Source: an uncultured Chitinophagaceae bacterium
GTDB lineage: Bacteria; Bacteroidota; Bacteroidia; Chitinophagales; Chitinophagaceae
Length of the DNA: 64,000 bases
Direction of reading: 5' to 3'
Assembly (NCBI GenBank): GCA_963695165.1
Contig: CAVOGF010000004.1
Location: forward strand, 304,326-368,325
Position 1 is the stretch's first letter. Every line of letters starts with the position of its first letter. The notes under the pieces are model-generated. The model ran no database searches, was not told where the DNA came from, and saw nothing but the letters and a program-made list of their open reading frames with translations. This document shows, piece by piece, positions 9,403-18,859 of the stretch. Both the position numbers and the translations under genes were made by a program.

Positions 9403-12343
9403 GACTTATTCTTGAAAGCTGTTCAGTCATTTCAGACGCTTTATTTGTATCATCAAACCAGATTTCCTCAAGTAAAGGTTTAAGCTCAAAATTCAAAACA
9501 TCATTCCACCATGTTATTTCATCTTCGCCTGAATTATAGGTGCAGAAATAGCTATAACCAATTTGAAATCCTTCACCAAGATCCATTTTTATTTTTCGGT
9601 TCATTTCTGTAACGGAGAAACAAATGTGTTCAATCATGCGATTTGAAACTCCTTTAAACTCAAGAAAAGAACGAAAAGCAATCCCATAATCCGGTTTTAG
9701 TGTAATAAATGCAAATCGTCTTCTTAGTGCATAATCAATTATTGCCAATGAACGATCGGAGGTATTCATGGTACCAATGATATGCAGATTTTCAGGAACA
9801 TAAAAACGGTCCTCTTCATCTTCGGCATAAGTTAATTTCAGCGCATATTTTTCATCTCTTTTATCCGATTCGATTAACATCATTAATTCCCCAAAAATTT
9901 TACTCAGGTTTCCCCGGTTTATTTCGTCAATGATGAAAAAGAATTTTTTCCCAGGTTGATTGATTGCTCTTTGACAAAAAGTATAAAAAATTCCATTTCT
10001 CAATTCAAATCCACTTTTTGCTGTAGGCCGTAACCCCTGGATAAAATCCTCATAACTATAGGATTGATGAAATTGTACCATTTCAATCTGCGAATTATTA
10101 ATTTCACCCATTATTTCATAAGCTAACTTTCGGGCAATAAAAGTTTTTCCAACTCCCGGTGCACCTTGTAGTATGATGTTCTTTTTACGTTTCAATAGGG
10201 ATACAGCCTGTAAAAAATTGGCTTGACTAATAAAAGGTTTGTCCACATCATTTTGAAAATCATACTTTTGAATGCCATCACTTATAGAAATCCCTTTTAC
10301 AAAATCGTTTCTTTCATCAATTACACTTCTGATTAAATTGTATTCCGCTTCTGAAAGTTTAAATAAACTTCCCTGATTATTTTTAAAAACCTCACAATTT
10401 TCAAGTCCTTGTAAATCTTTTAACTCACTCCAATAAACAGGATAAGAAAGCTTTTTTATCAGTTCAAATTCAATTTCTTCTTTATTGTTCGATTGAAAAA
10501 CACCTCTGGTTCCTTCGTAAATTGCCTTTATTGCCTTTGAAGGAGAACTTTCGTATCCTAATACAATATCACCTTCTTTGAAAGCTTCAAAGTATTTATA
10601 AATTCTTCTTTTATTTCCATCGTCGTTATGCGTGGTATAAGTTTGTAATTCTCCCTCAGAATGGCTGCCAATCTTCCAGATTTTCGGGTTTGCGTTAAGC
10701 CACCAAAAATTGACTTCTTTTTCAAGGACACTTTCTTCTACTATATTTTCCTCATAAAAATTCAAATCAGATAGAAATGCGTTTACTCCTTTTTCGGTCA
10801 ATTTCCAAAGTCCTCTCGTTTCTGCACTAATAAAACCTAAATCCTTAAGGCTGTTGCGGGCCCAATCAATTTGATTGAAAATTCTAGACGTTCCCGACTT
10901 CAGCTTTATATTAATTTCAGATTCATTAATACCTAGCTTTTTGGCTACTAAAGGCCTTACTTGTGTTGGGGTTCCTGAACCGCCTAATTCCTGCAGAACT
11001 TGTAATAATGGTTTCCAAAATCTTACAAATTGAGATCCTGAATTTTTAAATTCCTCCTTTTCAATATCCCCCTCTTGTGGGTGCAAAACAATTAAGCTTT
11101 CAAAAGGAAGTTGATATTCGTTAAATAACGATATTAATTCAGGATATATTCTGACATATTCACTCAAAAGAAAGCGCCAAACTTTTGTCGGACTAAATGT
11201 ATCCGGCCGGAAAAGATTTTTAATTTCTTTTAATTCACTTTTGTATTGATAAACCTTATCGGTTATCCATTTTATTTTTCGCCGATGATTGTAACTTCCT
11301 GCATCTTCATAATAATATTCTCCCTCAATAATGCCTATTCCAATACAGGTATTTACACCTTTGTTAGCAAATACAACATCTCCAATATTGGCGGTTTTTA
11401 ACAGCCATAAATTCCATGTCTGATTGGATACACTTTCCGGAGTAAAACCTACTGCTTCATTTATTTCAGCTCTGGTATTGTATTGTGAAAGATCGCCTAA
11501 ATCTGCACTACTAAAATTAATTGCAACTATATTTTGTGAATAAAAATCATTCCATTCAGATGCCTGACTGCCTGGTGCAAATTTGAAATAATTCCTGCTT
11601 TCTTTATTTAATTTTAAAATCTCCGGTTTAAGTTCTTTTAAATAATCTAATGCATCTTTAAAGGATAATACGGTTTTAATCTTGTCTTGCACTGGATTTT
11701 TTAATGAATGTCCCGCAACCATTCCTGCCTGGGCAGGCGAACCCAGATTTAAAAAAAATTGATAAGCATCTTTATGAGATTGACGGGTTGCAGGAAACAA
11801 AGCAATCCAGCACCTGATATCTCCAAAATTTGCAGCGCCAAAAAAATCAACAGGCTTATCTTTGGATTTATAATCTTCAAGATCCAATTCCTTTAATAAT
11901 TGTTCAGAAATCTGGTTTAAATAAAGACGCGTGGTTTCTTTATCCTTACCTCTATAGAAATAAACAAAAAAGATTCTCCATGGAATATTCCAGGCTGTAA
12001 AATAGTCGCCCTTCTGGTTTATTTCTTTATAATTTTTTAAACTATCCAGGTACTCTTTTGAATAAGCAGAAAAATAATTCATATCGCGCTCCCTGATCTT
12101 CTCCTTTACAGTTTCTATTAATTCCAGGCTTACCTTTTCCCCTTCTAACAACTGCCTTGCTATTTCGGCGCGCAATAAATTTACGGGCTGAAAGCCAACA
12201 TCAGTGCCGCCATATTCCTTAAAAATATCTTCAACAACCTTTTGAGGTAATTCGTTAATAGCTTTATATAAAGTTTCGGTATCTTCTGATAACTGCCTGT
12301 AACATTTCGCCAGATCAGTTATAAATTGAAATTGCATCTGCAT
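9386..12343 (-). CDS. mcrB: McrB-like AAA+ GTPase with extended multi-domain N-terminus
   Basis: Walker A LQGAPGVGKTF, McrB signature IIDEINRGNLSKIFGELMMLIE, and GTMNTSDRS. The N-terminal ~690 aa include an Mrr_N-like wHTH (FWKPLLQVLQELGGSG...GLWKLTEKG) and an EVE/PUA-like module (FWWLNANPKIW...EGDIVLGYESSPSKAIKAIYE). Confidence 0.88.
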   Translation of the reverse strand: MQMQFQFITDLAKCYRQLSEDTETLYKAINELPQKVVEDIFKEYGGTDVGFQPVNLLRAEIARQLLEGEKVSLELIETVKEKIRERDMNYFSAYSKEYLDSLKNYKEINQKGDYFTAWNIPWRIFFVYFYRGKDKETTRLYLNQISEQLLKELDLEDYKSKDKPVDFFGAANFGDIRCWIALFPATRQSHKDAYQFFLNLGSPAQAGMVAGHSLKNPVQDKIKTVLSFKDALDYLKELKPEILKLNKESRNYFKFAPGSQASEWNDFYSQNIVAINFSSADLGDLSQYNTRAEINEAVGFTPESVSNQTWNLWLLKTANIGDVVFANKGVNTCIGIGIIEGEYYYEDAGSYNHRRKIKWITDKVYQYKSELKEIKNLFRPDTFSPTKVWRFLLSEYVRIYPELISLFNEYQLPFESLIVLHPQEGDIEKEEFKNSGSQFVRFWKPLLQVLQELGGSGTPTQVRPLVAKKLGINESEINIKLKSGTSRIFNQIDWARNSLKDLGFISAETRGLWKLTEKGVNAFLSDLNFYEENIVEESVLEKEVNFWWLNANPKIWKIGSHSEGELQTYTTHNDDGNKRRIYKYFEAFKEGDIVLGYESSPSKAIKAIYEGTRGVFQSNNKEEIEFELIKKLSYPVYWSELKDLQGLENCEVFKNNQGSLFKLSEAEYNLIRSVIDERNDFVKGISISDGIQKYDFQNDVDKPFISQANFLQAVSLLKRKKNIILQGAPGVGKTFIARKLAYEIMGEINNSQIEMVQFHQSYSYEDFIQGLRPTAKSGFELRNGIFYTFCQRAINQPGKKFFFIIDEINRGNLSKIFGELMMLIESDKRDEKYALKLTYAEDEEDRFYVPENLHIIGTMNTSDRSLAIIDYALRRRFAFITLKPDYGIAFRSFLEFKGVSNRMIEHICFSVTEMNRKIKMDLGEGFQIGYSYFCTYNSGEDEITWWNDVLNFELKPLLEEIWFDDTNKASEMTEQLSRISHENSN

Positions 12344-12395
12344 CAGGTAGGGCGTAATTTTAAATCAAGATAGTAAATTTTACAGATGCTGCAAC

Positions 12396-13388
12396 CTATT
12401 TCTTCAACCACTCCTCCGTTTGCAACACCATAGCATCTACATCCTGCAATTCCATACATTTAAAATGGCCTTTAGGGCATTTCTTATACCCGATTTTACT
12501 GCAAGGACGGCAGGATAGATTTTTTATTTCAAATCGCAGATCCTTGTTTTCTGTTTTGCCATAATAAGCAGTCATCCCAAACTCTGGCATGGTATTTCCC
12601 CAAACAGAAATAACCGGCTTTTTAAATGCGGCTGCAATATGCATTAAACCGGTATCATGCGTGACAATCAATCTGGCTTTCCGTACTAAATCAGCGCTTT
12701 CATTCAGGTTAAATTTGCCACAGGCATTATAGATCTTAACCGGATCAATAGCGGCTATCTGCTCTCCTTCTTCCTTATCTTCCGGTCCACCCAACAAAAT
12801 GATGGGATGCTGAATTTTCTTACACAAATCTGTCAGCTTATGCAGGGGAAGTTTTTTAGTATTTAATGCCGCCCCGATAACAATTCCAATAAAACCAGCA
12901 TGATGGCTCATAGGCAAATCCATAACAGGCACTTCATCTTTTTCAGGTATAAAATAATCCAATCCTTTACCATCATTTTTTACTCCGAAAGACTGAACTG
13001 TTTGTAGATAGCGGTCAACAATATGAATATCCGGAAGCCGGTTGATCTTTAATGCAGTTAACAGCCATTTTTCTATATTCAACTTATTAAAAGAAAAGCT
13101 TTGCGCCGATTTTAAAGCACGCTTTATTCTCAACGTCCGCAGGTTGTGATGCAGGTCTATGATGCAATCAAATTGCTCCTTCTTCAACTCCACAATCATT
13201 TTATTCCAATCATCCTGCATTACATGAATCTTATCAACAAAAGGGTTGGATTCAATAATACCGGCAAAACTTTTCTTGGTTAAATAATGCACTTCCGCAT
13301 CCTCAACCTGCTGTTTTAAACAACGGATCACCGGCGTGGTTAATACAATATCGCCAATAGAAGAAAAGCGTATAATAAGAAATTTCAT
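12396..13388 (-). CDS. glycosyltransferase family 9 protein (heptosyltransferase-like)
   Basis: MKFLIIRFSSIGDIVLTTPVIRCLK N-terminus and the C-terminal THDTGLMHIAAA block are typical of GT9. Confidence 0.85.
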   Translation of the reverse strand: MKFLIIRFSSIGDIVLTTPVIRCLKQQVEDAEVHYLTKKSFAGIIESNPFVDKIHVMQDDWNKMIVELKKEQFDCIIDLHHNLRTLRIKRALKSAQSFSFNKLNIEKWLLTALKINRLPDIHIVDRYLQTVQSFGVKNDGKGLDYFIPEKDEVPVMDLPMSHHAGFIGIVIGAALNTKKLPLHKLTDLCKKIQHPIILLGGPEDKEEGEQIAAIDPVKIYNACGKFNLNESADLVRKARLIVTHDTGLMHIAAAFKKPVISVWGNTMPEFGMTAYYGKTENKDLRFEIKNLSCRPCSKIGYKKCPKGHFKCMELQDVDAMVLQTEEWLKK

Positions 13389-13466
13389 ATCAGGTATGAG
13401 GTTTGAGGTATCAGGTATGAGCTGTGGGCTTTGAGCTTTAAGCTTTAAGCTGTGAGCTTTAGCTTG
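13389..13466. repeat. short-period repeats (GGTATGAGG and GAGCTTTAAGCT words)
   Basis: atcaggtatgaggtttgaggtatcaggtatgagctgtgggctttgagctttaagctttaagctgtgagctttagc. The first part is the reverse complement of the CATACCTCA family at 27969-28066. Confidence 0.85.
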
Positions 13467-13520
13467 ATACCGGAATTCTTTTTTACTGTGTTTGCTTGAA
13501 TAAAAACAATTTTCTATTTA

Positions 13521-13568
13521 GCATTAAACAATATAACAATTAAACAATGTAACAATTAAACAATTAAC
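13521..13568. repeat. short-period repeat (AACAATT words)
   Basis: cattaaacaatataacaattaaacaatgtaacaattaaacaattaacc lies directly after the stop of the MFS gene. The same family occurs at 23571-23620. Confidence 0.8.
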
Positions 13569-13569
13569 C

Positions 13570-14790
13570 CTATTCCTCCACAAAATTCAAATCCTTGCCA
13601 AAAGTTTCTTTAATGTTTATAATGGCAAAGATACCAATGGCCATGACAATGATACCGGTAATCCATGCACCGGTGATATAGCTGGTATGGGAACGTAGTT
13701 GCTGAAATAAAATTAAAATCAAAGGCAGCATTCCTCTTACCATATTAGGTATGGTTGTGGCCGCCGTTGCACGAATATTGGTGCCAAACTGTTCTGCGCC
13801 CATGGTTACAAATATTGCCCAGAAACCGGTTCCAAAACCAAGCCCGGCACAGATCAGATACATTCCGTTTGCAGAGCCGTTGTATTGCGCAGTAAAAAAC
13901 AAGATAATAAAAATGGAAGTAATCCCGTAAAATAAATACAATGCCTGCTTCCTGCTTTTAAACCATTGACTAACCAAACCAACCGCTATATCTCCAATGG
14001 AAATAGCCACATAAGCATACATAATTGATTTTCCCGAATCAATGGGCTCCTGAATATTCATTGCTTTTCCGAATTCATTGGAAAAAGTAACGAGTACGCC
14101 AATAATATACCATGTTGGCAATCCAATTAAAATACTGAGCAGGTATCTCTTAAGCCTTTCTTTTTTGGCAAACAGCATAAAAAAATTACCGCGTACTACC
14201 GTCATCTTTTTTATCTCATGAAACATGTGCGATTCAAAAACGGAAACCCGAAGGATCAGCAACAAAAAGCCCAATCCGCCGCCAATAAAAAAGCAGGTGC
14301 GCCAATGAAAATGCTCTTTAATAAAAAAAGCGAATACAGCTCCGGTTAATCCCAATCCGGCTACCAGTGAAGTGGCAATACCTCTTTTTTCTTTTGATAT
14401 CAATTCTGAAACCAGGGTAATGCCCGCGCCCAATTCGCCAGCCAATCCCAAACCTGCAACAAAGCGGACCCATCCATATTGATGCACCGTTGTTACAAAA
14501 CCATTTGCAATGTTCGCAATTGAATACAGTAAGATGGAACCGAATAATACGCTTAATCTTCCTTTTTTATCGCCGATGATTCCCCAGATAATGCCACCCA
14601 ACAGCAATCCAACCATTTGCATACTCAGGATCCATTCGCCATCATCTCTTATTTGTATATCCGTAAGTCCTATCTCCCTTAAACTTGGTACACGGATTAT
14701 TGCAAACAATAAAAGATCGTAAATATCCACGAAATACCCAAGCGCCGCTACCAATACCGGTATGGATAAAATTTTTTGTTGTTGAGTCAT
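13570..14790 (-). CDS. MFS transporter
   Basis: 406 aa with ~12 predicted hydrophobic segments and a GDKKGR loop motif between TM2 and TM3. Confidence 0.8.
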   Translation of the reverse strand: MTQQQKILSIPVLVAALGYFVDIYDLLLFAIIRVPSLREIGLTDIQIRDDGEWILSMQMVGLLLGGIIWGIIGDKKGRLSVLFGSILLYSIANIANGFVTTVHQYGWVRFVAGLGLAGELGAGITLVSELISKEKRGIATSLVAGLGLTGAVFAFFIKEHFHWRTCFFIGGGLGFLLLILRVSVFESHMFHEIKKMTVVRGNFFMLFAKKERLKRYLLSILIGLPTWYIIGVLVTFSNEFGKAMNIQEPIDSGKSIMYAYVAISIGDIAVGLVSQWFKSRKQALYLFYGITSIFIILFFTAQYNGSANGMYLICAGLGFGTGFWAIFVTMGAEQFGTNIRATAATTIPNMVRGMLPLILILFQQLRSHTSYITGAWITGIIVMAIGIFAIINIKETFGKDLNFVEE

Positions 14791-14893
14791 ATGAAATGGT
14801 TGCTAAAAAGTTTTTTAATAGAGGTTTTTATTAAGAAAAGGGGTTGAATTCAGACAGCAGTTTTTATGAATCATAAAATATAAAACCATATCA

Positions 14894-15676
14894 TCATAAC
14901 TCAACTGATTTCGGTTTTTTCTTATTTCCGGAAATTAAAGATAAGGTCACATAGAGAATAAAAGCCACCGGCACGGCAAGCCAATGAAATATAAACGCAG
15001 CAACAAGGATAAGGATCAGCAATAAAAATATCGCCCAGTTATCCTGCAGGTTAAAATTTTTAAATTTCAATGACAGCATGGGTAAGGAACAAACCATCAG
15101 GTAACTCACAGCAATAACAACTGCATACCAAAACCAGGGATTGAGCAGCCATTGAAGCGTCCACCCATAATTTGAATACCAATAAATTAAAGGAAAAGAA
15201 GCGATCAGCAATCCCGCAGCAGGAATGGGCACACCTTTAAATCCATATTGTTGCGTTGTATCCAGATTAAAGCGGGCGAGCCGATAAGCGCCGGCGCAGG
15301 GAATGATAAAAGCCGGCAATAAGAACAATGCATTTGTATTTAAACCATCCGGTTGTTGCGCATAACTCATCATTAAAAACTGGTAAACGATCATTCCGGG
15401 CGCCACTCCAAAACTTACCACATCGGCAAGTGAATCCAATTGTTTGCCCATTTCTGACGGTACTTTTAAAAGCCGTGCAAGAAAGCCATCAAAGAAATCA
15501 ATCACCGCGGCACATCCGATGAATATGGAAGCCCAATAGATTTTTTCAGGTAAAAAAAATAAATTCTGCCCGGTTTCATCCGAAGAAATTGACAGGCCGG
15601 TTTGCAATACACTTACAATGGCCAGGCAACCAAATACCAGGTTCAGTAAAGTAAAAATATTCGGAAGTTGTTTCAT
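14894..15676 (-). CDS. pssA: CDP-alcohol phosphatidyltransferase (phosphatidylserine synthase-like)
   Basis: The signature DFFDGFLARLLKVPSEMGKQLDSLADVVSFG matches D-x2-DG-x2-AR-x8-G-x3-D-x3-D. It is a polytopic membrane protein. Confidence 0.8.
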   Translation of the reverse strand: MKQLPNIFTLLNLVFGCLAIVSVLQTGLSISSDETGQNLFFLPEKIYWASIFIGCAAVIDFFDGFLARLLKVPSEMGKQLDSLADVVSFGVAPGMIVYQFLMMSYAQQPDGLNTNALFLLPAFIIPCAGAYRLARFNLDTTQQYGFKGVPIPAAGLLIASFPLIYWYSNYGWTLQWLLNPWFWYAVVIAVSYLMVCSLPMLSLKFKNFNLQDNWAIFLLLILILVAAFIFHWLAVPVAFILYVTLSLISGNKKKPKSVEL

Positions 15677-15726
15677 GCCACTAATCCCTGAGTTGTTAAA
15701 TGAAGAAATAAATTTAAAATAGTACT

Positions 15727-17031
15727 TTAAGCCAACTCAGGATGTTTCATCAATTCCTCAATCTCTTCCACTGTAATTGGAATATTTTTCATCAGGTCGG
15801 TATTACCGGTTTTAGTGATCCAAACATTGTTTTCAATGCGAATCCCCATTTGCTCTTCTTCAATATAAATACCGGGTTCCACTGTTAGCAACATACCAGG
15901 TTGAATCGGTTCAGTTCTGGTACCAAGATCATGCACATCAATACCTAAATGATGTGAAATGCCATGATACAAATATTTTTTATAGGCAGGATTTTCCTTG
16001 TCTTCATTTTTAATATCGGATTTTTTAAGCAGCCCGATCTTTTGAAAAATCTTTGTTGCTTCGTCGCCTACCTTTTCGGTATAATGCACCAGGGTAATAC
16101 CAGGCTTTAATAAGCTTTTGGCATATTCATGCAAATGCAGGCATGCATTGTACACTTCCTTCTGGCGCTTGGTAAACTTTCCGTTTACCGGAACGGTGCG
16201 GGTAAGATCTGCCGCATAACCGCCATATAACGCGCCAAAATCCATGAGTACCAATTCTCCGGATTTACATTCTTCATTGTTAAAAACATAATGCAAAGTT
16301 CTTGCCCGGTCGCCACTTGCAACGATGCTTGCATAAGCTTCACCACTGGCGCGGTTGCGTAAAAACTCATGGAATATCTCGGCTTCAATTTCATATTCCA
16401 TCACACCGGGCTGTATAAATTGCAAGAGCCGCCTAAAGGTTTTTTCCGTAATGTCAATTGCTTGTTGGGTTACTTCAATTTCATATTTGGTTTTGATCGA
16501 ACGCAACCGTTTCATGATGGTTGCAGCCCGCTCATAATGATGGAGCGGATACCGTTGTTTCATCTGCTGAACAAAGCGGTAATCGCGGGTTTCCACCAAT
16601 GGAGCATCTTTACGGTCATTTTCATTTGTATTCAGATAGATTTTATCAGCCAAATGGATCCAGGATTGCAAAAGCGCATCCAGCGCATCGAGCCATACTA
16701 TTGTTTCAATGCCTGAAATTTCAGTCGCTTCTTTTGCACGCAATCTTCTGCCATTCCATTTTTCTTTTAATTCATTCGGGCGCATCAATACCAATACTTC
16801 GCGGTATTTATGATCAGGATTGTCGGGGAATAAAACTACCATCGTATCCTCTTGTTCAATACCGCAAAGCCAGTACAGATCACTGTTTTGTTTAAATTTA
16901 TATAAAGCATCCCCATTCGCAGGCACTTCATCATTGCTATTAAAGATGGCTATACTGCCGGGTTTCATTTCTTTCCTGAACCGCTTCCTGTTTTCAGAAA
17001 ACAGTGTTGGATTAATGGGTAAATGTTTCAT
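15727..17031 (-). CDS. Xaa-Pro aminopeptidase (M24B family)
   Basis: C-terminal M24 fold motifs DFGALYGGYAADLTRT, HGISHHLGIDVHD and VEPGIY. The start is placed at the ATG at 17031 (MKHLPINPTLF). The longer listed ORF runs through a perfect hairpin. Confidence 0.85.
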   Translation of the reverse strand: MKHLPINPTLFSENRKRFRKEMKPGSIAIFNSNDEVPANGDALYKFKQNSDLYWLCGIEQEDTMVVLFPDNPDHKYREVLVLMRPNELKEKWNGRRLRAKEATEISGIETIVWLDALDALLQSWIHLADKIYLNTNENDRKDAPLVETRDYRFVQQMKQRYPLHHYERAATIMKRLRSIKTKYEIEVTQQAIDITEKTFRRLLQFIQPGVMEYEIEAEIFHEFLRNRASGEAYASIVASGDRARTLHYVFNNEECKSGELVLMDFGALYGGYAADLTRTVPVNGKFTKRQKEVYNACLHLHEYAKSLLKPGITLVHYTEKVGDEATKIFQKIGLLKKSDIKNEDKENPAYKKYLYHGISHHLGIDVHDLGTRTEPIQPGMLLTVEPGIYIEEEQMGIRIENNVWITKTGNTDLMKNIPITVEEIEELMKHPELA

Positions 17032-17094
17032 AGAAATAATTGAGATTGCAAGATACAGGAATAATCCTTTTTTGAGGAAGTGCGTTTGGAATAA

Positions 17095-17128
17095 AAACCA
17101 GGAAGGTTTTTTGAAACCTTCCTGGTTT
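17095..17128. terminator. perfect 15-bp hairpin at the left edge of the cassette array
   Basis: aaaccaggaaggttt-tttg-aaaccttcctggttt. It lies downstream (minus sense) of the cassette array and upstream of the aminopeptidase gene. Its right half plus flank is repeated at 17195-17228. Confidence 0.5.
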
Positions 17129-17431
17129 ATCAAATATTAAAATGCGGGGGCGTTTCCAATTTTTAGACAAAACATTCAACAATGGAATAAAATAAGGTTT
17201 TTGAAACCTTCCTGGTTTACCAAATACTGTACTTTATGCAGCGATATGCCTTAGTAAAATAAATTCCAGTTGTTGGGCTGTGATGGAAGCATCATTTTTA
17301 ACTTTATAGTGAGCATTTCAAAAGTTTATTTCTCCAGTCTTTTATATTAAAGCGGAAAGCCAGCGTCTTTGCACAAAAGCAGTTTTATCTGGTTGTTTTT
17401 TTTAATTGAGGGGTAACGATGCTTATGTCCT

Positions 17432-17613
17432 AAAAGAAACACAGGCTGAAACGCCTGCCGCCAAAAGGTTTCAGCCGCTATGAAAAAAAAAGGCGCCCCG
17501 CCTGCTTCAAAATCCTACAACCGCTTTACGACAAATCCATAAGTACCTGCTTTTCCCGGTTTCGTTCAACAAGGGTTTCATTTCTTGTTCGTTGGGCAAA
17601 ACGAAATCTTTAG
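17432..17613 (-). repeat. cassette-associated composite repeat, copy A (partial: part of middle module plus core)
   Basis: Aligns with 22120-22300. Core at 17558-17608. Ends 14 nt from the higA stop. Confidence 0.85.
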
Positions 17614-17626
17614 TGATTGCCTGCCG

Positions 17627-17926
17627 TTAAGCAACTTTTGTGCTGATTGATTTTATTGTATTGAGCATTGCGCTTTTAGCGGACATCTCTTCTTCAATGT
17701 CAAAATCGTCTTGCAAACCAAGCCAAAATTTAGCGCTATTGCCAAAGTATTTACTAAATCTAATGGCTGTGTCAGCCGTAATTCGTCTATTGCCTTTTAC
17801 TATTTGGGAAACTCTGGTCTGTGGAATTTCTATGTCTTTTGCAAGCTTATACGCTGATATATTAAGAGGTTTTAGAAATTCTTCAATGAGTACTTCGCCA
17901 GGGTGAATATTTTTGAGCTTTGCCAT
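17627..17926 (-). CDS. higA: HigA family antitoxin (XRE-type HTH)
   Basis: MAKLKNIHPGEVLIEEFLKPLNISAYKLAKDIEIPQTRVSQIVKGNRRITADTAIRFSKYFG is a classic HigA/VapI sequence. It lies 11 nt downstream of higB. Confidence 0.9.
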   Translation of the reverse strand: MAKLKNIHPGEVLIEEFLKPLNISAYKLAKDIEIPQTRVSQIVKGNRRITADTAIRFSKYFGNSAKFWLGLQDDFDIEEEMSAKSAMLNTIKSISTKVA

Positions 17927-17937
17927 ATTTGAAAAAA

Positions 17938-18218
17938 TTAATGATAATCGATTATTTTAACTTCGGAAACATTGCCCGAATTCCATTTGAAAACAATCCT
18001 CCATTGATCATTTATCCTAATGCTGTAAAAGTCTTTGGAGTTTCCTGATAGCTTTTCAAGTCTATTGGAAGGGGGAATTCTAAGTCAGCCAGGTCAACAG
18101 AGTTATTTAGCATTCTTAACTTCCGTCTTCCGATATTTTGAATTTCATTTGGTAATTTCTTGACTCTATCGCCATTCCATACTTTTTCTGTTTCTGAATT
18201 TCCAAATGATACTATCAT
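17938..18218 (-). pseudogene. higB: HigB (RelE-fold 'killer') toxin, frameshifted in a homopolymer
   Basis: Listed ORF 18012-18218 gives MIVSFGNSETEKVWNG...DLEFP. After the G5/C5 run at 18071-18075 another frame reads NRLEKLSGNSKDFYSIRINDQWRIVFKWNSGNVSEVKIIDYH*, a typical HigB C-terminus ending at 17938. Confidence 0.8.
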
Positions 18219-18710
18219 TGCTACTGTCTAAAGTTACTAACGTCAAAAGTAAGCAAATGATTTGAGTATGCAAAATCTCAAAATAAAGGAAAGCTGATGG
18301 CTCGCAACTGTTTCGGGCTTGGCGATCGGGCGTACTTAGAAGCACTAAACTGTCAACCAGCAAGAAACCACGAAGGCCATACGCTTGTCCAATGAGGCAA
18401 GCGGGCAAAGGATCTTGTGCACCGGCTTCACCCCAAGACGCCAGCTAAAACCCTTGACGGGATGCGGTTTCAGCATCTCGTTTCAAAAGAAGGCTCCCTG
18501 CCTGCTCCGGGGCTTTGCGTTGGGCGGCGGATAACCTGCACCAAAGTTTAGCCCAGCGCTAAAATAATAGAAAGCAGGAAAGTTCATGTTTGTACTTCAG
18601 CCCGCCTGATGCAGTACCCCCTGTTGAACTAAACCTACGGTAGCCTTCCGCAACTATCCGTAAATTTAGCGGTTACTAAAACAATTTTATTATGACAACG
18701 AAAAAAAAAT

Positions 18711-18853
18711 CGACGGAAGAACTGAGGCACAACAAATATCTCAATATCCTACAACCATTTTACGACAAATCCATAAGTACCAGCTATTCCCAGGTTTCGT
18801 TCAACAAGGATTTCATATCTTGCCCGTTGGGCAAAACGAAACCTTAGTAATTA
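18711..18853 (-). repeat. cassette-associated composite repeat, copy B (lacks middle module)
   Basis: cgacggaagaactgaggcacaacaaatatctcaa is joined directly to tatcctacaacc...gggcaaaacgaaaccttagtaattag. Core at 18793-18843. Ends 6 nt from the hepT stop. Confidence 0.85.
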
Positions 18854-18859
18854 GTAGTT

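Noticed and set aside
5900-17133. N-terminal extensions of listed ORFs (5900-6040 for the Met-rich protein; 17032-17133 for the aminopeptidase; 45077-45127 for DUF58; 30665-30766 for the TonB receptor)
   Set aside because: Internal ATGs give canonical signal peptides or N-termini. The extensions run through a hairpin, a repeat tract or the riboswitch.
18240-18710. Possible RNase P RNA, tmRNA, SRP RNA or group II intron fragment in the GC-richer ORF-free segment
   Set aside because: I could not find the diagnostic motifs: no GGAAAGUCCGG-type CR-I, no tRNA-like 3' end with CCA-adjacent T-arm, and no domain V-like hairpin. Part of the segment aligns with the cassette repeat instead. It is kept only as an unexplained region.
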